The notes under the pieces are model-generated. The model was not told the origin of the DNA. It saw nothing but the letters and a program-made list of their open reading frames with translations, and did no database searches. A stretch of DNA of 64,000 nucleotides from contig OZ024743.1 of assembly GCA_964016885.1 (NCBI GenBank), forward strand, positions 357,678,001 to 357,742,000, in the 5' to 3' direction. The stretch is from Eledone cirrhosa. Lineage: Eukaryota. Below, piece by piece: positions 60,231 to 64,000 of the stretch (within the stretch, counting starts at the first letter, position 1; each line of letters begins with the position of its first letter). Made by a program: the position numbers and the translations under genes.

Positions 60231-60705
60231 CCTCTCTCTCGATCTCGATCTCGCCCTCTCTTCTCTCTCTCCCTCTCACTATCCATCTCTCTCTCTATAT
60301 TTACTACACTACACATTTAAACATGTGATGCCAATTATGTTGTCATTGTTATTACGTTAACAATGACTTAGTACATTTTGGACTAGTTCGCATATTGTTT
60401 ACCGTTTCATCAAGTCATGGACTCATTAAATATTGATGAATGTAGTTGGATACCAGGCTTCTTTGGGGGAGGGGGGGTAACACTTATGCAACCCCTTTTC
60501 ACTTTTCCAATTCATTCGTAGCCAAGCTGTTGCGACAATATACTGTTCTCATACTCTACCCAATATCTTCGATGGATTTAAACATAGTATACACCATCAG
60601 CTCTCAGAAAAATGGATCACTAAACGATCTTCTTTGGAGTTAACAGAATGCAAACTAGCCATGGTTAACATAATAACATCAATAATTTTGTTTAATTTTT
60701 TCAGG

Positions 60706-62447
60706 CTCCGTGTAACAAAAAAAAATATTTTCTCTGTTCCTGGCTTGTAATCACTTTTTTGTGTTGCTTAGGTCCCAAATAAATAAAAAAGTGCTATTAA
60801 ACAGTAAAAATTTGGGTTTGTAAACATTCTAAACTATTCACTAGAATTATTTGTATGCTGGATTTTACATTGTATGTAAGTTTAATTTGCTTATGTTAAA
60901 TGATTTTTTATATATGTTTCAGTTTAAATTAAAATTATAAAATAAAGAGTAATACCTAAAGAAAATTATAAAAGTGCAATAAAGTATAAAATTGTTAAAA
61001 AGTGGATTAAAGAGATTTATTGATACTGGATTTTCGCACCCTGAATAAAGGGTAAGTTGTGTTTTAAGCATTCGTCTCCAGGATGAAGCAGTGGAACTTG
61101 GTCAAGGTGGAAGTGCAGGTGACAAGTCAGAGAAGTCGACCCGAACCTTTCTCAGGCTTATACACTCTTAGGGATGGCCTCTGCTTCTGCCATGACGTGC
61201 CTCGACTGTTTGACGTTATTGGGGTGCAGTTTGTGCCCAAGGAGTGGCGGCTATTTATAGACAGCTCCACCACAAGTTTGAAGGCTGTCCTCCTCCACAA
61301 TGGAAACAAGTTCCCGATATTGCCTCTAGCTCATTCAGTCTGCCTGAAGAAAGATTACTACAGTGTGAAAGTCCTCTTGGAAGCTCTGCAATACAACCAG
61401 TACAATTGGGAAATCATTGGAGACTTCAAGATGGTGGCTTTCATGCCTGGACTCCAAGGAGATTTTATCAAATTCCAATGCTTCTTCTACCTTTGGGATA
61501 GCAGAGCCACCCCTGACCACTACAAAAGAAAGAACTGGGAGCAGCGAACAGAATTTGTAGTTGAGACCCGGAACGCCATGTTGGAGCCACTGGTTGATCC
61601 CAGGATTCTGCTCATGCCGCCACTGCACATTAAGTTGGGGTTCATGAAGCAGTTTGTGAAAGCTCTCAACCAAGAATCAGCTGTTTTTAAGTACCTTCTT
61701 GAGTTCTTCCCCAAGTTATCTGAGGCCAAAATCAAAGGTGGAATTTTTGTTGGACCTCAGATAAAGAAGGTGTTTGAGTCTACCGAGTTCTCCAATAAGC
61801 TCAATAGGATTGAGAGAACAGCATGGAACTGTTTCAAGGCAGTTGTTAAGGGCTTCCTGGGCAACTACAGAGATGAAAACTACCAGCAACTGGTGCAGGA
61901 TCTGATAAAGGCTTTTGGCGCCATGGGATGCAGGATATCGCTTAAACTCCATATGCTGGAAGCTCACCTGGAAAATTTCAAGGACAATATGGGCGCCAAC
62001 TCAGAAGAACAAGGCGAACGATTCCACCAAGATATGAAAGAGATAGAGCGGAGGTACCAGGGCCACTACAATGAAAAAATGATGGGGGACTATATCTGGG
62101 GGATAGTGCGGGAATGCGACCTGGACTACAACCGCAAATCCAGGAAATCCAGTCATTTCTGACGTGTATAAGTTGCTTTATAAGTGTTATTTGTTTTTAC
62201 TTGTTTGCTTTTGATAAGCTTGTGTAATAAAATAAATATATACTCTGTTGATTTAATTATATGAACTGATAAATAAATAAAAAATGTGTTTTTTCTTGAA
62301 AAATATGAAAATTTCGAAATATCAAACTCCTGACCACAAACCCAAACTTTTGATTAAATAATAGTGTTGTTTTTTTTATAATAATGGGATATAACAAACC
62401 ATGAAATGACACTTACAACCGGGGAACAAAAAATATGTTACACGGTG
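60706..62447 (+). mobile_element. Internally deleted Chapaev3-like DNA transposon with both termini
   Basis: CTCCGTGTAACA...TGTTACACGGTG termini; first ~360 bp match the reverse complement of 50990-51353; catalytic ORF inside. Confidence 0.9.
61083..62162 (+). CDS. Chapaev-type DDE transposase catalytic region (N-terminally truncated, stop-free, 359 aa)
   Basis: WRLFIDSS..LKAVLLHNGN, IIGDFKM, PPLHIKLG, KLHMLEAH, SEEQGERFHQD. Confidence 0.85.
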   Translation: MKQWNLVKVEVQVTSQRSRPEPFSGLYTLRDGLCFCHDVPRLFDVIGVQFVPKEWRLFIDSSTTSLKAVLLHNGNKFPILPLAHSVCLKKDYYSVKVLLEALQYNQYNWEIIGDFKMVAFMPGLQGDFIKFQCFFYLWDSRATPDHYKRKNWEQRTEFVVETRNAMLEPLVDPRILLMPPLHIKLGFMKQFVKALNQESAVFKYLLEFFPKLSEAKIKGGIFVGPQIKKVFESTEFSNKLNRIERTAWNCFKAVVKGFLGNYRDENYQQLVQDLIKAFGAMGCRISLKLHMLEAHLENFKDNMGANSEEQGERFHQDMKEIERRYQGHYNEKMMGDYIWGIVRECDLDYNRKSRKSSHF

Positions 62448-62534
62448 TTATGTGCACAAAATTAATTTTACAGTGCATAGGAAAACTGTATATGTGTATC
62501 GAGAATGATTAATGACTTACATGTATGTATGTGT

Positions 62535-62842
62535 CTCTTTCTCTTAATTTCGAGTATATTTTTGACCGGCCACCTTCCTGGCGGCAAGGTTGTAAAAGAA
62601 AAGAAATTGTCATCCTTTGAATCGCAAGAATGTTTTACAAATTTTGAAGGTGCCAGCTATCGCAGCCATTGGTAGTCTATGAATTAGGGAGCTGCGCTCT
62701 TTGTCTATAAATCCAAGTTCAGTTATACTTTGGTCCAAGCGGGTTGGTATATAACCTGTAGCTCCAATAATGATGGGTATGAAGCAGAAGGAGTATCTTG
62801 GTTACTGGATCTGCAAACTCCTCATCAATGGTCCGTAGATGT
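62535..62842 (-). mobile_element. Dong-like 3' fragment (family of 22570) bounded by (CATA)n
   Basis: IYGPLMRSLQI..FIPIIIGATGY; UTR matches 22580-22724. Confidence 0.8.
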
Positions 62843-62861
62843 ATGAATGTATGTATGTATG

Positions 62862-63292
62862 TTTTATGTACTTCTGGTTTTATTACATGTAGAAATTTTG
62901 GAATCTTTTACATATTTTTACTGTTCCATTAATGGATTGTACTTTTAATTTCCTAACTAGTGTTCTTTCTGGTTCTGTGAAGCCTAGCTTCTCAATATAC
63001 GTACCACGCAGTTACTAACATATCCCAGTGCTCCAATAAACACAGCTATAAATCTGAAGGTATAATCAGGGTAGAGTATCTGTAGATTCCTCATTAGTTC
63101 TGCATAGGTATTCCCCTTTTCGCTAATCTTTAATATTATATTGGCATCTACTAAGCAGCTGACTTCCACTAGTGTGCATGCCTTCTTTTTCCTGTCCCAT
63201 ATCATTATATCTGGTCTGTTGTGCCTGCATTTTATTAGGGTTTTCACTGGAACATTCCACCAGTGCTCTTTCATATTATGTATGTGTATACA
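62862..63292 (-). mobile_element. Dong 3' fragment (family of 17641) bounded by (CATA)n
   Basis: WWNVPVKT..HNRPDIMIWD..VEVSC..IGALGY, closely similar to 21230-21590. Confidence 0.9.
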
Positions 63293-64000
63293 TGTATCAT
63301 ATATGTATGTATGCATGTTCCCGACTTACTACTGAGTTCCTTTCCAACGTATATTGCCTTTTGAGGAGTATTTTATATGCATTCGAGTATGTGCTGTCTA
63401 CATAATGCATTTTATAATTTTAGACATATTATTTTAAATACTGTTTTAAACATTAGAAAACTTATTAGAAGCACTATATTGCAAATATAATGACGAAAAT
63501 AATAGAAAGTCATCCAATGCGAAATTTGTTAAATGGATAATCAATCATGTTCATACTATTAATCCACATAACGATATATTTCGGCGGATATCGCTTTCTT
63601 CAAAGTTTGAGTGAATTACAGAACGTCAGTCATTAAATAGTTGTCTAATATTTCAAAAACGTCATAAACCATACAGAGAACACTTTTCGGCAATGATTCA
63701 CTCTCGAACACACCATGATTCGTCTACAATTATCCACAATCGCTGTGTTTAAGTTCTGTCTTACTTTCTTTCTCTTCTAGTACAACGTACTTTCTCTTTT
63801 AGTACAACGTCCTCTGCTCGTCTGAACCAGCAACCGACCCTTCTACCTCAACCTCCTTTCTATCTCTCTTTCTCTCTATCCTTTTCTCTCTCTCTCTCTA
63901 TCTATCGCTCTCCCGCTCTCTCGCTCTCTCCACACAAACGCACACATGTACACGTGTGTGTCTAGAGAAAGAAAGAAAGCGTGCATAATAATTCTAAAAT

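Overview
Eukaryotic, AT-rich, repeat-saturated intergenic or intronic DNA; no host protein-coding gene is confidently recognisable. The SINE families, giant (TA)n/(CATA)n/(GAAA)n/(TTTA)n arrays and transposon content suggest a mollusc, probably an octopus (inference). The window holds: R4/Dong-like restriction-endonuclease LINEs sitting in (CATA)n tracts, one with an apparently uninterrupted ORF running off the left edge; four Penelope-like elements (PLEs), two with inverted pseudo-LTRs; about 10 minimal type I hammerhead ribozyme motifs from several PLE families; a ~600-bp non-coding retroelement family with conserved stem-loops and (TATG)n tails; many tRNA-derived Nin/Deu-domain SINEs; RTE, L1/Tx1 and CR1-like remnants; two Helitron pieces; a mariner remnant; two complementary halves of a Chapaev-type DNA transposon; and two minisatellites (35 and 39 bp). 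Most ORFs in the supplied track are microsatellite artefacts. The most notable signals are the hammerhead repertoire (including a long-stem-II CCGAUGA variant), a precisely inverted PLE insertion, and two retroelement classes sharing the (CATA/TATG)n microsatellite in opposite orientations. All family assignments come from motif recognition by eye; no database search was run.
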